DNA from: Rebecca billardiae RCC1528
Lineage: Eukaryota > Protista > Haptophyta
NCBI GenBank assembly: GCA_965240325.2
Contig: OZ251231.1
Span: forward strand, 2,547,988-2,611,987
Length of the DNA: 64,000 nt
Direction: 5' to 3'
A program made the translations under genes and the position numbers. This document shows, one piece after another, positions 11,796 to 24,200 of this stretch (position 1 is the stretch's first letter; each line of letters opens with the position of its first letter). The notes below the pieces were generated by a model. It was not told where the DNA came from, made no database searches, and saw nothing but the letters and a program-made list of their open reading frames with translations.

Positions 11796-14115
11796 ACGCC
11801 GCGCCCGCGGCGGACGCGGCGGCACCCGCGGCCGCGGCCGCGCCCGCGGCCGCCGAGGCCGAGGCGAAGGACGTGGGCGCCGCGAGCGCGAGCGCGGCGA
11901 GCGAGCTCGCCGTGCCCTTCCAGCCGATCGCGCTGCCGCCCGCGCTGCCGCCCGCGCGCGGGCTCGTCTGCTTCGACGCGGGCGGCGCGTCCTCGCGCGG
12001 AGGCGGCAAGGCGGCCGCGGCCGCGGCCGCCGCCGCGACGGTCGCCGCGGCGGCGGCCGCGCTCGCGCACGCGCCGCCGCCGAGCGCCGAGCCGCCGGCG
12101 GCCCCGCCGCCGCCGCCGCCCCACGCCGCGCCGCCGCCGCCCCACCAGATCAACCTCGTCGTGCCCGCGGGCAAGGGCCCGGGCGACGTGCTGGCGGTGA
12201 GCACGCCCGCGGGCGGGATGGTGCACGTGCGGCTGCCGGCGGGCGTGGCCGCGGGCCAGCTGTGCCGCTTCGATCTGCCCGTGCAGCGGCCGCACGGCGG
12301 GTGGCAGCCGGCGGCTGCGGCGCAGCACGCGCCGCCGCCGCAGCACGCGCCGCAGCACGCGGGGCACGCGTGCGCGCAGCCGCAGCTGCGCGCGCAGCAC
12401 GCGCCGGGCGCGGGCGCGCAGCAGCACGCGCCGCCCGTGCACACGGCGCCGCACGGCGCGTGGCCGCCGATGGCGCCGCCCTACTCGCAGCCGCCGCCGC
12501 AGCAGATGATGGCGCACGGGCAGATGGTGCCGACGCAGGCGCAGCCCATGCAGCCCATGCAGCCCATGCAGCCCATGCAGCCCATGCAGCCCATGCAGCC
12601 CATGCAGCCCATGCAGCTGCCGCCGCCGCCGGGCGGCGGCGCCGTCGTCGCGCCGGGCGCGCCTGGCCGGGGCGGCGGCGCGCCCCCGCCCTACCACCCG
12701 CCGCCGCCGTCCAGCGGCGACGGCGGCGGCATGGCGGTCGGCGACGGGCTCGCTCGGCCGGGCGCGCCGCTCGGCCCGTCGCAGCACGCGCCGCCGCCCG
12801 CGCCCGCGGCAGGCGCGGCGGCCGCGCCGCCCGCGCCGCCGCCCGCCGCGCCCGCGCCCGCAACCGACGCCTACCCAAACCCCGCGAGCGCCGAGTTGCG
12901 CCACGGCGCGCTCGTGCGCGCGCTCGCCGAGCTCGGCCCGCACGAGGCGGTGCGGCTCGCCGTCTCCAGCCCGATGCCGCAGCCGGGCCACGGCAGCGGC
13001 GGCAAGTGGGCGCGCGGCGCCGAGCTGGTCGTGGCCAAGAACCACTTCAGCGTGCTCACCAACCTGACGGAGGGCGGGCCGTACGGCACGGCGACGCTGC
13101 TGGTCGAGCACGCGGGCACGCGCGCGCTGCACGTGCTGCGGCTGGCGCAGGGCGTGCCCGTCGGGCTGGGCTTCGCGATGGCGGCGCACGCCGCGGCGCG
13201 GCTGCGCGCCCTCGCGCCCGAGCTCGGCGCGGAGTGCGCCGAGCACGGCGCGGTGCGCGTGCCCTCGCGCCTCGTCTGCTTCCACAACGGGTACGGCTCG
13301 CTCGCACCGTACAGGCAGTGCGTCACGCTGGCCGAGCTGAACGCCGCCTTCTCCGAGTCGCACCGCCGCGTGGACGAGGTGCTCACGATGGCGTACACCG
13401 TCGAGCTCCTCCGCCTCGTCGAGCAGCTGCACCGCGCGGGCGTGGTGCACGGCCAGCTCGCGGCCGAGCACGTGCTGCTCACGATGGCGGAGGGCGCGGA
13501 CGAGGAGGGCGCGGAGGGCGAGGCGGAGGGGCGGGCGCCGCACCGCGCGGCGGCGGCGGCGAGCGTGGAGCCGCCGCCCGTGAAGCGGCGCGGCCCGGGC
13601 CGGCCCAAGAACAGCGAGCTCGCCGTCGAGCTCGCCGCGAAGGCGGCGGCCGCGGCCGAGCGCGCGGAGGCCGCGCCAGCCCCGGAGCCGGGCTCCTACA
13701 AGCCGCGCGTGCGCCTGCAGCTGATCGGCACGTCCAAGGCCCTCGACCTCAAGCAGCACCCACACGTGTGCGCAACAGCCGCGCACCGCGCGCACCGCGC
13801 GCACCGCACGCACCGCACGCGCGGCTCTGAGCGCGCGCCGCCCTGCCCCGCGCGCGCGCGCCGCGCTTGCTTCGCCTCGTTGCGCGCGCTGTGCGCCGCA
13901 GGGCGTGCTCTTCAAGCTGCCGCCCGTGCACCCGAAGGAGGCGCGGTGCGTGGAGCAGCTGGACGGCAGCCCGTGGTCGTGGCACGTGGACACGTTCGGG
14001 CTGTGCTCGGTCGTGCACATGCTGCTGTTCAACGAGCCGCTCAACCTCGAGCTGGTGAGACGCGCGGCAGCGCACCCGTGTGTGCGCGCGCGCGTGTGCG
14101 TGTGCGTGTGTGCGC

Positions 14116-14146
<31 letters not shown>

Positions 14147-15658
14147 TGTGCGTGTGCGTGTGCGTGCGTGTGCGTGCGCGTGCGTGCGCGTGTGTGTGTG
14201 TGTGTGTGCGTGTGCGTGTGCATGCGTGCGTGTGCGTGTGTGTGCGTGTGCGTGCGTGTGCGTGCGCGTGTGTGCGCGCGCAGGCGGGGGCCGGGGCGCG
14301 CGTCTCGGGGACGCCAGTGCGCGCTTGTGACAGCGCGCGTGCCTCTGACGCCCGCACGCGCCCACGCGCGGCGCGCGCTCGCGCCCGGCTGCGCGCCAGG
14401 CGATGGCCGACCTGAAGAAGGTGCACGCCGAGAAGGAGAAGGAGCAGCGGCTGCAGCGCAAGGCTGCCAAGCTCGCGGCGGCGGGCGGCAGCGGCGCGGC
14501 CGCGCCCGCCGCCGCGCCCGCCGCCGCCGCGGCGGACGGCGGCGCGCAGCCGGCCGCGCCTGCCGCCGCCCCGTCCGAGCCCGCGCCCGCTGCCGAGTCC
14601 GAGCAGCCCGCCCTCTCCGCGTACGAGCAGGCGCGCCGGGAGACGATGGAGCGCAACCGCCAGATGATGGAGCAGCTGGGGCTGCTCAAGGTGCGGAGTG
14701 CGCACGCGCCGCGCTGCCCGGCACGCAGCGGCAAGCGAGCGCACGGCGGGCGGGCCGGCGCCGAGGGCCGGCGGCCGAGGGCCTTCGCCGCTCACGCCAG
14801 CGCGCGCGCCCCTCCCCCGCCCCGTCCCTGCGCCCCCGCCGCCCCGCGCGCGCAGGCGGCCAAGGAGGTGAAGGAGAACGGCGGCGCGGAGCACGCGCCC
14901 GCGCAGCGCAAGCGCGGCCGTCCGCGCAAGAGCGACGCGCCGCGCGACGAGGAGGAGGAGCTGGACGAGGGCGCGGAGGAGCGGCGCAAGAAGCGGCTGC
15001 TGCAGCGCTCCTCTGTGGGCGAGGACGGCATCTGGCGGCCGCACTTGCCGCTCAAGCGGTGCGCACCGGCCCCGCGCGCTGCGGCCTCGCGCGCGCGCGA
15101 GTGGCTGTGGCTGTGGCTGGGTTGGGACGCCGGCCAGCTGAGCGCGAGGCGCGCGGCCGCCCTCCTCGCGCCCCGCCCCGCCCGCCGTGACCGAGCAGGT
15201 ACTGGCAGGTCGAGCTGTGGCAGTCGCTCTTCTCGCGGCTGATCCACGTGCCGCCCGGGCAGCCGTGCCCCGCGCTCGCGCAGATCCGAGCCGAGTTCGA
15301 GGCGCACCTGGCCGCGCCCGCGCAGCAGGCAGAGCTGCGCTCCGCGCTCGCGCGGCAGCGCTCGGTGATCGACTCGCGCGCGGAGCGCTCGCAGCGGCTG
15401 CTGCTCAACCGCAAGATCCACGTCGACGCGCTGCGCAAGGCGCTCGCCGCCGTCGCGGCCGACATCGTGCCCAACCCGGTCGAGCAGCCGGCCGCAGAGC
15501 CCGAGCTGCGCGTGCCGGTGGGCGTGGTGCAGGAGGCGCTCGTCGAGATCTTTGGCGAGTGCGCGGAGGCCGAGCTGGTGGGCGCGCTCAACAAGGCGGT
15601 GCACACGGGCAAGCTGAGCGTCGCGGGCGGCGACTTCCAGCCCGCGCTGCTCCAGTGA
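6644..15658 (+). CDS. Giant chromatin protein: 3 tandem Agenet/Tudor pairs, zf-CXXC, AP2-like domain, AT-hooks, C-terminal Bub1-like pseudokinase; exons 6644-13765, 13902-14054, 14400-14690, 14856-15058, 15199-15658
   Basis: [19 protein letters not shown]...DEGWWEV-type motif three times; [39 protein letters not shown]; GYRGVY...YYEAQV...AHEAALLR; KRRGPGRPK and RKRGRPRK; all four introns GT-AG and frame-consistent. Confidence 0.8.
12542..12613 (+). repeat. Coding 9-bp tandem repeat (CAGCCCATG)x8 encoding (QPM)8
   Basis: Directly visible perfect repeat. Confidence 0.95.
14077..14280. repeat. Intronic (GT)n/(GC)n alternating purine-pyrimidine microsatellite
   Basis: About 200 bp of gtgtgt/gcgcgc inside intron 14055-14399. 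Confidence 0.95.
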
Positions 15659-16009
15659 CGCCGCGCGCGCGCTCGCCACTGCTACACGTGCAGTGGAAGC
15701 GCTGACGGCTGAGCATGACGGAATGGGGTACGGTCGATGCTATTGCTAAGTCGTGCCAGTACGTTCGCGGACGCGGGCGCTACTGAGTGCGCGGCTGATG
15801 CGGTCGCGTCATCATATACATATATATCTGAGCGCATGGATTCCGCCCGCCGCCCGATGTGATATCGACGCTCACCAATATGTAGCAGCAGCAGCCTGCT
15901 GCGCTGACGATCGTCGTCATCAAGTATCGTCGACGATAGATACATATCATCGCGAAGCGACGACGACATCATGCCGTCGTCAGTCAGCCGAGACCGCGCC
16001 CGCCGCTTC

Positions 16010-16264
16010 TTACTGCTGCTTGCAGTCCGCCGCAGGCGCCGCGGTGGTCGGAGGCAGCGCCACTGGCTTGGCTTTGGGCGCCGCACCTGCGCCTGTCGCG
16101 TGACGCAGCGCCGTACAGTGCGGGGCAGCGCAGGTCAGATGCATGGGCGTGCGCAGCCCTGCGGCCGCGCGCAGCCATGCACTCTGCGCGGGGTGGGCGC
16201 GCGCGCTCTGGTTGCAGCAGGCGCACACGCACCTGGCTTTCCTCTCGCCTTCCCGCGCGGCGGG

Positions 16265-16354
<90 letters not shown>

Positions 16355-17805
16355 TCGTCCTCGTCGTCCTCGTCATCGTAGTCCTCGTCTGAGTCCGAGT
16401 CCTCGGCCTCGCCTGCAGCAGCGCGGCGCGCGAGCACACGCACATGCACACGCGCGCGTGTTGGGGGGGGCAGGTGGCCGTGTCAGCTGGGAACGCGCCG
16501 CGCGCCGCGCGCGCCCGTCCGCGCGCGCGCGCGCTGCACCCGCCCCGCCCCGCGCGCACCCGTGTACCACTGCACCGCGTTCGGTATGAGCTTGTCCTTG
16601 TACGCCTGCGCCATCTCGTAGTCGCCCTCGAGCGCGTCCTGCAGCGCCTCCGCCTCCATCTCGTCCAGCTCCGCGTCGTCGTCGGGCACCTCGGGCGGGG
16701 AGAAGAAAGTGAACCACGAGTCGAGCGGCTCGTTGACCGTGATCGTGCGCTCCTTCCCCTTCTTCTTCTGCTTCTTCGTCACGGTGCGCTTCGTCACGTC
16801 CTTGCCCGGCTTCCAGTGGATCTCGCAGCCGAGCACGTTGTCGAGCGTGTCCTCGTCCTCCTCGTCCATCACGTACGTCTTGCTCAGCGTGCCGTTCGAG
16901 AAGTACTCGTTGGGGGAGAACTCGAAGAGCAGCCGGAAGCCCTCGCGCCCGGGGTGCTCGGGCAGCTCGTTCGAGAGCGACACGTCGACGAGGTGCTTGA
17001 GGATCGGCGCGTCGGGCGGCATGATCTCGCGCTCGAGCATCCGGTGGTTCATCATCGCACTCAGCCAAAAGTGCGGGATGCCCGAGCCGCCCGCCGGGTC
17101 GCCCTCGACGGCGGTCGCGCCGGAGACGATGCCCTTGCGCTCGGCGGCGAGCGGCCCCGTGCGCGCCTGGTACTCGCGCTCGATCTCCTTCCGCTTGCGC
17201 TCGTACTCCGCCTTGGCCTCGTCCTGCTGCTGCTGCAGTGCCCGCAGCGCCTTGAGCCGCGCCTGCTCCGCCGCGCTCGTGCCGCCGCTCACGGTGAGCG
17301 CGCCGAGCTGCGCGCCCACGCCGGCGGTGCCGCCGCCGCCGCCACCGCCGCCCTTCGCGCCCTCGCCCTTCGCGCCGCGCGCCGCGTTGCGCCGCGGCTT
17401 GCCCTCGTCGTCGTCGTCCGCGTCGGCGGGCGGCGCGCCGACGTCAAAGTTGAACTTGAAGTTGGTCGGCGCGCCCGCGCCCGCGGCGAAGAGGTTGGCG
17501 GTGTCGCCGGCCGGGGTGAAGCTGAACTGCGCGTTGGAGCCGGCCGCCGCGCTGCCCGCCGGCTTGGGTTGCGGCGCGCCGCCGCCCGCCGTGCCCGGCT
17601 CGCTCGGCGCGGCGGACGCGCCGGTCGCCTGCTGGAACGCCTTGGCGATCGTGACGACCTGGTCCTTGGTGAGCTTCTCCCACGGCTTGGCGCTGCCGAT
17701 GCGGTGTTGCTCGACGAACTCGGGCGGGGCGACGGCCTGCATGTGCTGTATCAGCTGCTTCTTGCTATACCCATCGAGCTGCGCGTCGGTCGCGGGGGTG
17801 CTCAT
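16010..17805 (-). CDS. NAP1: Nucleosome assembly protein 1 (NAP family histone chaperone); exons 17805-16560, 16412-16233, 16092-16010
   Basis: GIPHFWLSAM, FEFSPNEYFSNGTLSKTY, GCEIHWKPGKDVT, SWFTFFSPP, KDKLIPNAVQWYTG; poly-Asp tail; terminal CKQQ. Confidence 0.93.
16266..16357 (-). repeat. (GAC)n trinucleotide repeat encoding the NAP1 poly-Asp tail
   Basis: About 30 near-perfect gtc units on the + strand. Confidence 0.95.
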
Positions 17806-17950
17806 GGCTGCCTCGGCGCGGCCTGACGCGTGCCCAGTCGGTCCTGTTTTGGCGCGTGAGCGTCGCGCGCGCCGGCGCGCGCTGGCTCCCTGGCCGGCCG
17901 CTTTCGTGAGTTGGGGAGAGTGACGGCCGCCGACGGACGCGCGCGTGACG
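17806..17950. promoter_or_regulatory. Putative compact bidirectional promoter (NAP1 / methyltransferase)
   Basis: Only 145 bp between divergent start codons. Confidence 0.55.
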
Positions 17951-18772
17951 ATGGACGCGGCACAAACGCCGTCGAGCGGAGAGTGGGTCGCCGTGGGCAT
18001 CGGTGGCGCGGTGTTGGCGGCCCTGGGCATGCTACGCTTCGTCCCGAGCGTGCGTCACCTCGTCTTCGCGCGCCTGTGGTCGGATGGGGGCGCCTCGGCG
18101 CGGATGGACGAGGCGACGCGCGAGGCGAAGCGCGAGCTCCTCTCGCACCCGCCTCTCTTTGGGCGCGTGCTCGACCTCGGGACGGGGGACGGGCACAACA
18201 TCAAGTACCTGTGCGGCGTGGCGGCCCCCGATGTGCGCGAGCTCGTGTGCGTCGAGCCCAATCGCTACCTGCAGGAGCGGCTGCGCACGGCAGCGGCGGC
18301 GGCGCAAGAGGAGGCCGCAGACGCTGGGATCGAGCTGCGGGTGAGCGTGTTCGAGGGGACGCTCGAGGAGTACGAGGCGCACGCGGGCAAGGACGGCGTC
18401 GGCTCGTTCGATACGATCACGTGCCTGCTCGTCCTCTGCTCCGTGCCCGACGTCCGCGAGGCGCTCGCCTCGTGCGCGCGCCTGCTCCGGCGCGCCGAGC
18501 GCTCGCGTCTGCTGTACCTCGAGCACGTGTGCGCGCTCTCCCTGCCCGCGCGCACGCTGCAGCGCGCGGTGCAGCCCGCGTGGGACTTTGTGGGCGACGG
18601 CTGCCAGCTGTGCCGCGATACCCTCGGCGAGATGGCGCGCGTCGGAGCCTCGACTGGCGCGTGGGAGGTGACGACGTGCAAGCGCGAGCTGCGCTTTGTC
18701 GGCGGGCTGGTGCCGGTCGTGCACGGCAGCTGCACGTGCCCCGGGCCCAGCCCGGCCGGCCGCCGCGCGTGA
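17951..18772 (+). CDS. Class I SAM-dependent methyltransferase, METTL7/TMT1-like, with N-terminal membrane anchor
   Basis: VLDLGTGDG motif I, CVEPN, SFDTITCLLVLCSVPD, YLEHV, GDGCQLCRD. Confidence 0.88.
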   Translation: MDAAQTPSSGEWVAVGIGGAVLAALGMLRFVPSVRHLVFARLWSDGGASARMDEATREAKRELLSHPPLFGRVLDLGTGDGHNIKYLCGVAAPDVRELVCVEPNRYLQERLRTAAAAAQEEAADAGIELRVSVFEGTLEEYEAHAGKDGVGSFDTITCLLVLCSVPDVREALASCARLLRRAERSRLLYLEHVCALSLPARTLQRAVQPAWDFVGDGCQLCRDTLGEMARVGASTGAWEVTTCKRELRFVGGLVPVVHGSCTCPGPSPAGRRA

Positions 18773-18960
18773 TGCCTCGCCATCGATTACTATTATATTC
18801 AAAAAAATCAACGTAGTTGACCGTTGCAACCTTGCGACGCTGATGAGGACCGAACTATGCTGGCTACGTCGTAAGAGTCCGTGTACTAATATTGATAAGC
18901 TACAGCGCTGCCAGTGGCAGTGCCACTGCCACGTGCCAGCGGCACTGCGGCCGCTGGCCG

Positions 18961-20725
18961 TCATGACGCGCCCGGGACGTCTGCAGACTCTGCTGCAGCA
19001 CCGCTCGACCTCGAGTGTTGAGCCGAGGCGGCTGATGCCGGCGTCGCCCCTGCCGCACCGCTGCTGCGAGGCGCATCCGTGGCCGCGCCCTCTCTGCTGA
19101 GCCTGAGCGTCGCAGTCGATTCGGTTACTCTCCGCGACGAGATGCCACCTGGGCTCCCATCGCCCTGCGCCGCGGCCGGTGCCGGCAGCTGTGGCGCTTG
19201 TGAGAGTGGCGGCAGCCTGCGCGGCCCTAGTGGCGAGGGCGGCGAGATGCCCTGCGCCGCACACAGCCGCTCCAGCATCGACTCCAGCCGGTCCATCCGC
19301 GCCGACAGCTGCGCGGCGCGCGGGCGGCGCGATGGCACGCGCCGCGCGGGAACGTGAGGCACGCAGCGTGTGCGCGCGGCAGCCGTCAGCGGCGGCGGCG
19401 GCGCGCGCGCACCGTGGCGTCCCGCTCCTCGGCCCTGTCCAGGCTCTTGAGCAGGTCCTGCGTGGTGGGCGGCCGCGTCTGCTCGTACGAGAGCGCGATC
19501 GAGGTGACGAGCCGCTTGAACTCCTCGCGGTTGAGGTAGCCTGCGCGGCGGTGGCGCGGGGGCGGCGTGAGCGCGGCGTCGGCGCGGCCGGCTGCCTGTG
19601 CGCGCTCGCTCGCGCGCGCGCGCGCGCTCACCCTTGCCGTCGAGGTCAAAGCGGATCATGAGCTGCGCGGCCGTCTGCTTGTACTCGTCAGAGATCAGCC
19701 CCTGCTGCCGCTTCGAGTACAGGAAGAAGCGCAGCTCGTCCTCGGTGACAGAGCCGGAGCCGTCGGTGTCGGCGGACTGGTACATGTCGAGCTCCTCCTC
19801 GTACATGTCCATCACCTTGGTGAAGTTGGAGCCGAGCACCGTGACAGGCAGCGCGATCGTGAGCAGGCCGAGGCACATGGTGAAGGTGGCGACAATCTTG
19901 CCGGGCGCGGTCGCCGGCACCGCGTCGCCGTACCCGACGGTGGTCATCGTGACGATCGACCACCACATGCAGTCGGGGATGGAGGCGAAGAGGTCGGGCC
20001 GCGCCTGCATCGGGTGCGGCGGGTCCTGGTTCTCGAACATGTACATGAGCGAGGAGGAGAGGATGATGAGGATGCACATGAAGAAGATCAGGATCGTGAA
20101 CGACGTCATCGACATCTTGATGGCCGCGAGGAAGATCTTGAAGCCAAAGGTGAGCTTGCCCACCTTGAAGATGCGGAAGACGCGGAAGAGGCGGAGCACG
20201 CGCACCCACGACAGGTTGATGTTCGCCTCGCCCTGCAGCACCGCCTGGATGAACATCTCCACCCTGCGCGGCGCCGCGGCACGCGCGCGATGCGCGCGAG
20301 GGCGCGGGAGGCGGCTCGTGAGCGCCGCGTGGCGCGCACGGCGTGCTCGCGCGAGGCGCACACCAGAAGGGGACGATGGCGACGAGGTCGATCACGCTGA
20401 GCGGCTGCTTCGCGAACTTGTACGGCGACGGCGCGAATATGACCTTCACCGTGTACTCGACGGTGAAGATGATGACCGCCACCACCTCGATCGTCCAGAA
20501 CGCCTCGTGCGCCACCGGGTCTTCGATGTACGTGTCGAGGATGTAGGTGAGGGTGGAGATGAAAATGGCGACCATCACGAAGAGGGTGAGCCGCGCGTCA
20601 TTGTCGAGGAAGTACCACACCTTCTCCTTGAACGTGTTCGGCACATGCGATGGTCGTCGCGGTGAACCGCTGAGCTGACCGAGCGTTCTTTCCGGCGACG
20701 AGGCAGGCATCACCGCTGCGCTCAT
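18961..20725 (-). CDS. Voltage-gated (Kv-like, 6TM) potassium channel with two C-terminal EF-hands; exons 20725-20364, 20263-19632, 19540-19413, 19308-18961
   Basis: TMTTVGYGD selectivity filter; S4 VRVLRLFRVFRIFK; IALPV; EF-hands DTDGSGSVTEDEL and DLDGKGYLNREEF. Confidence 0.92.
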
Positions 20726-21214
20726 GCCCGCCGCGCTGGCGCTGGACCGAGGCGGGCGAGCTCAGGTCGTTCCGACCCCCGAGGGTCTGGCGCGCGGGCT
20801 CACGCCCCTGCCTTCGGCGTCGCACGGGGCCCACCCGATGCGTCCACCGACAGGCTCGAGCAATGGCCGCCCCCCAAGCGAAGTCGCAACACCTTTGCAA
20901 CAGCATGCCGTGGGCCAGCGCTGGGTTCGTTACGGACCGTTCGCGATAGGTAAGCTACTGAGAGCAATAGCTTCTGAGCGGCGCGGCTTATCACGGCGGC
21001 TCACGCCGACTACTATAAAAAACGTCGCTTGACGCTTGGAGCTCGGTTTATTATCATAGGCCCTTTGATCATAGGCCGGTCGCTCGGCGAGCCATACTTT
21101 ATTTGGTTTGCAAAAGTACGTTGGTGACAATGGTTTGGCAAAAGTTTGGCGGATTTTTGAAAAGTGGCGCCCGCCCGCTGAGCAAGCGTGCACACGCGAG
21201 CGCGCGCCGCGGCG

Positions 21215-24200
21215 ATGTTTGGCAACCTCTTCGGCCGGGGGAAGCCGCCGCCATCGGGCGGCGGCGACGAGTCGGGCGGGGCGAGGGTGGAAGGCGGCGC
21301 GCTGCCGCGCCGCAACTCCGCGGCGAGCGCGCGCCTCTCGGCGCAGGGCTCGGCGGAGGGCTTGGACGGCGGCGGCGGCGGCGGCGGGCGCGTGCCCGAG
21401 CTGGGCGAGATCGACGACCTGCTGCCGTTCGTCGAGGCGCGGATGGGCGAGATCCGCGAGCGCGAGAATAGCAAGTACTTCGCCAACGGCAACATCTTCG
21501 CCGGCGTCGAGGCGTGGGAGGGCAACCGCGTGCGCGTCGCGGTGCGCGTGCGGCCGCCCGTCGGGCGCGAGGAGGAGGCGGACGCGCACACGCCCGCGGT
21601 GGTGGCGGAGCCCGAGGTCGCGACGGTGGCGGTGAACGAGGCGGCGATCGGCCGCTTCGACCAGCCGCGCCTCGGCTTCGACGCCGTCTTCGGCCCGCAC
21701 GCCACGCAGGAGGACGTGTACCGCTCGCTGTGCGCGCCGCTGCTGCGCGACGTGATGCTCGGCCGCAACGGCACGCTGATGTGCTACGGGCAGACGGGCA
21801 CGGGCAAGTCGTACACGATGGGCACCGACGTGTCCAAGTCGGCGGTCCGCGACGCCGGCGCGGGCGAGCCCGAGGGCCCGCTCGTCGGCCTGCTCCCGCG
21901 CGCGATCCGCCAGCTGTTTGCGGAGGCGGCCAAGGACGAGGGCGCCGAGTACGAGGTGGGGCTGTCGTACGTGCAGCTGTACCGCGAGAAGTTCCAGGAC
22001 CTGCTCAACCCGTCGGAGGCGGCGCTGCAGCTGCACGACGCGCAGGGCTCGGTCTTCATCGAGAACCTCACCGAGCACCGCGTCACCTCCGCCGAGCACG
22101 CGCTGCGGCTCGTGCGGCGCGGCGGCGAGTTCCTGCGGACGGGCGGCACGCGGATGAACGCGACCAGCTCGCGCGCGCACGTGATCCTGATCGTCACGGT
22201 GCGCCGCGCGCTGAGGGGCGGCGGCGGCGGCGGGGCCGGCGGCGCCGCGGCTGCCGCCGCGCTCCCCGCCGAGCCCGAGACGCTCGAGGGCATCGACGCG
22301 TACCTGCGCGGCGCGCAGGCGACCAGCGGCCGTCTGCTGCTGCTCGACCTGGCCGGCTCGGAGCGGCTCAAGAAGTCGGGCGCGGACGCGGACGGCGCGC
22401 TGGGGAGCGAGGCGCGCGCGACGAACCTGTCGCTGCTCGCGCTGGGCAACGTCGTGCAGACCCTCGCGGCGAACGCCGAGCTCGGCTCCGCCTCCGCCGA
22501 CCCCTCCGCCGCCGGCGGCACCGCGCGGCGCCACGTCCCGTATCGAGACTCGAGGCTCACGCAGCTGCTGCGCGACAGCTTCGGCGGCGAGTGCAAGACG
22601 ACGCTGTGCGTGTGCGTCGGGCCGGCGCGCGCGCACGCGGGCGAGACGCTGTCCTCGCTCAACTTCGCGCGGCGCGCGATGAGCATCCAGGCCGTGCCCG
22701 CCGAGCACCTCGAGCTGCAGCTCGACTACAAGCTGCTGGCAGCCAAGCAGCAGCGCGTGCTGGACGCGCTGGCCACGCGCATCTCGCGCGTGCAGGAGTA
22801 CGCGCAGGCGCACGCGCACATGGGCAGCGTGGGGCGGATGGTGGCGGAGGCGCGGCGCGGGGGGTCGGCCGAGGCGCGCGGCGCGGGCGCCGACGACGCC
22901 GCCCCGCCGCCCTCGCCCGCCGCCACCGTCTCCGAGCTCGGGCGGCTGCTTGCCGAGCTGGCCGACCTGAGGCACGCCCTCACCGAGCTGGGCGAGGGCG
23001 CTGCCGGCGGCGAGGGCGGCGGCGAGGGCGGCGCGCTGTGGGCGGCGGAGGGAGGGGCGGCGGAGCAGGGCGGCGCGGGGCGCGCGGCGGAGCCGCGCCG
23101 CGCCGCGCCGCCCGCGCGCGCGCGCCGCCCAGGCTCGGGCCGCGCCGCGCACGCCGCCGCAGACGGCTCGGCGCCGCCCGCGGCCGGCGGCGGCGGCGGC
23201 GGCGCCGACGGCGGCGGCTCGGCGCTGCCGGCCGCGCTGCGCGGCTTGCGCGCCGAGCTGGGCAGCACGCGCGCGCTGCTCGCCGAGTGGACGGGCGCGC
23301 GCACGCAGGAGGAGGCCCTCGAGCAGATGCGCGCCGACCGCGACGAGCTACTTGCGCTCAGGGCCGCCGCCGCCGCGCTCGAGGGCGGCGGCGCCACCGA
23401 GCTGCGGCGCGGCGCCGCCGTCGCGGCCGTGCGCTCGGTGGCCGAGGCGGCGCGCGCGGGCGCGGAGGCGGTGGGCGCGCTGCCCGGCGCGTCGGTGGCG
23501 AGCGTGATCCGCACGCTGACGGCGGAGCGCGCCGAGCTCGCCGCCGAGCGCGCGCGCGTACGCTTTGCCGCCGCGAGCGCGCGCGCGATCGCGCGCGCCT
23601 CCGCCGAGCTGGAGCACGCCACGCGGCCGCAGCAGCACGGCGCGCTCACGGCGGGCGCGGGCGCGGGCGCGGCCGCCGAGGCCGGCGGCGCCGGGCCGCT
23701 GGCGGCGGCGCGCGACGGGGCAGGCGGCGGCGGCGAGGGCGGCGCGGGCGCGGCGGCGCCCAAGGTGCCCGCGCTCGCGGGCGTGCCGAGCGCGCGCGGC
23801 GGCGCGCGCCCCGCGAGCGCCGCCAGCGGCGGCGGCGGCGGCGGCGGCGCGGGGCTGCGCGGCGCGGGCGCGGCGGCGCGCGGGCGCGCGCCCTCGCCCT
23901 CGCGCGCGCGCGCCGGCAGCCTCGGCGCCTGCGGCGCGGCGGCGCGGCCGGCGGCGGGGAGCGCGCGCGGCGCGGGCGGCACCGAGCGCAAGCCGTCGCC
24001 GGCGCGGCGCGCGCCGCCCTCGTCTCAGGTGCTCGCGCGGCTCACCGCGGGCCAGCCCACGCGCCCGGCCGACGCGGGCGCGGACGCGGACGCGCCGCCG
24101 GCGCGCGCCGCCGAGCCCGCCGCCGCGCCGCCGCCGCCGCCGCCGCCGGGCCCGCCGCCGCTGACGCCGGAGCAGCAGGCGCAGCTGCTCGAGCTCGCGA

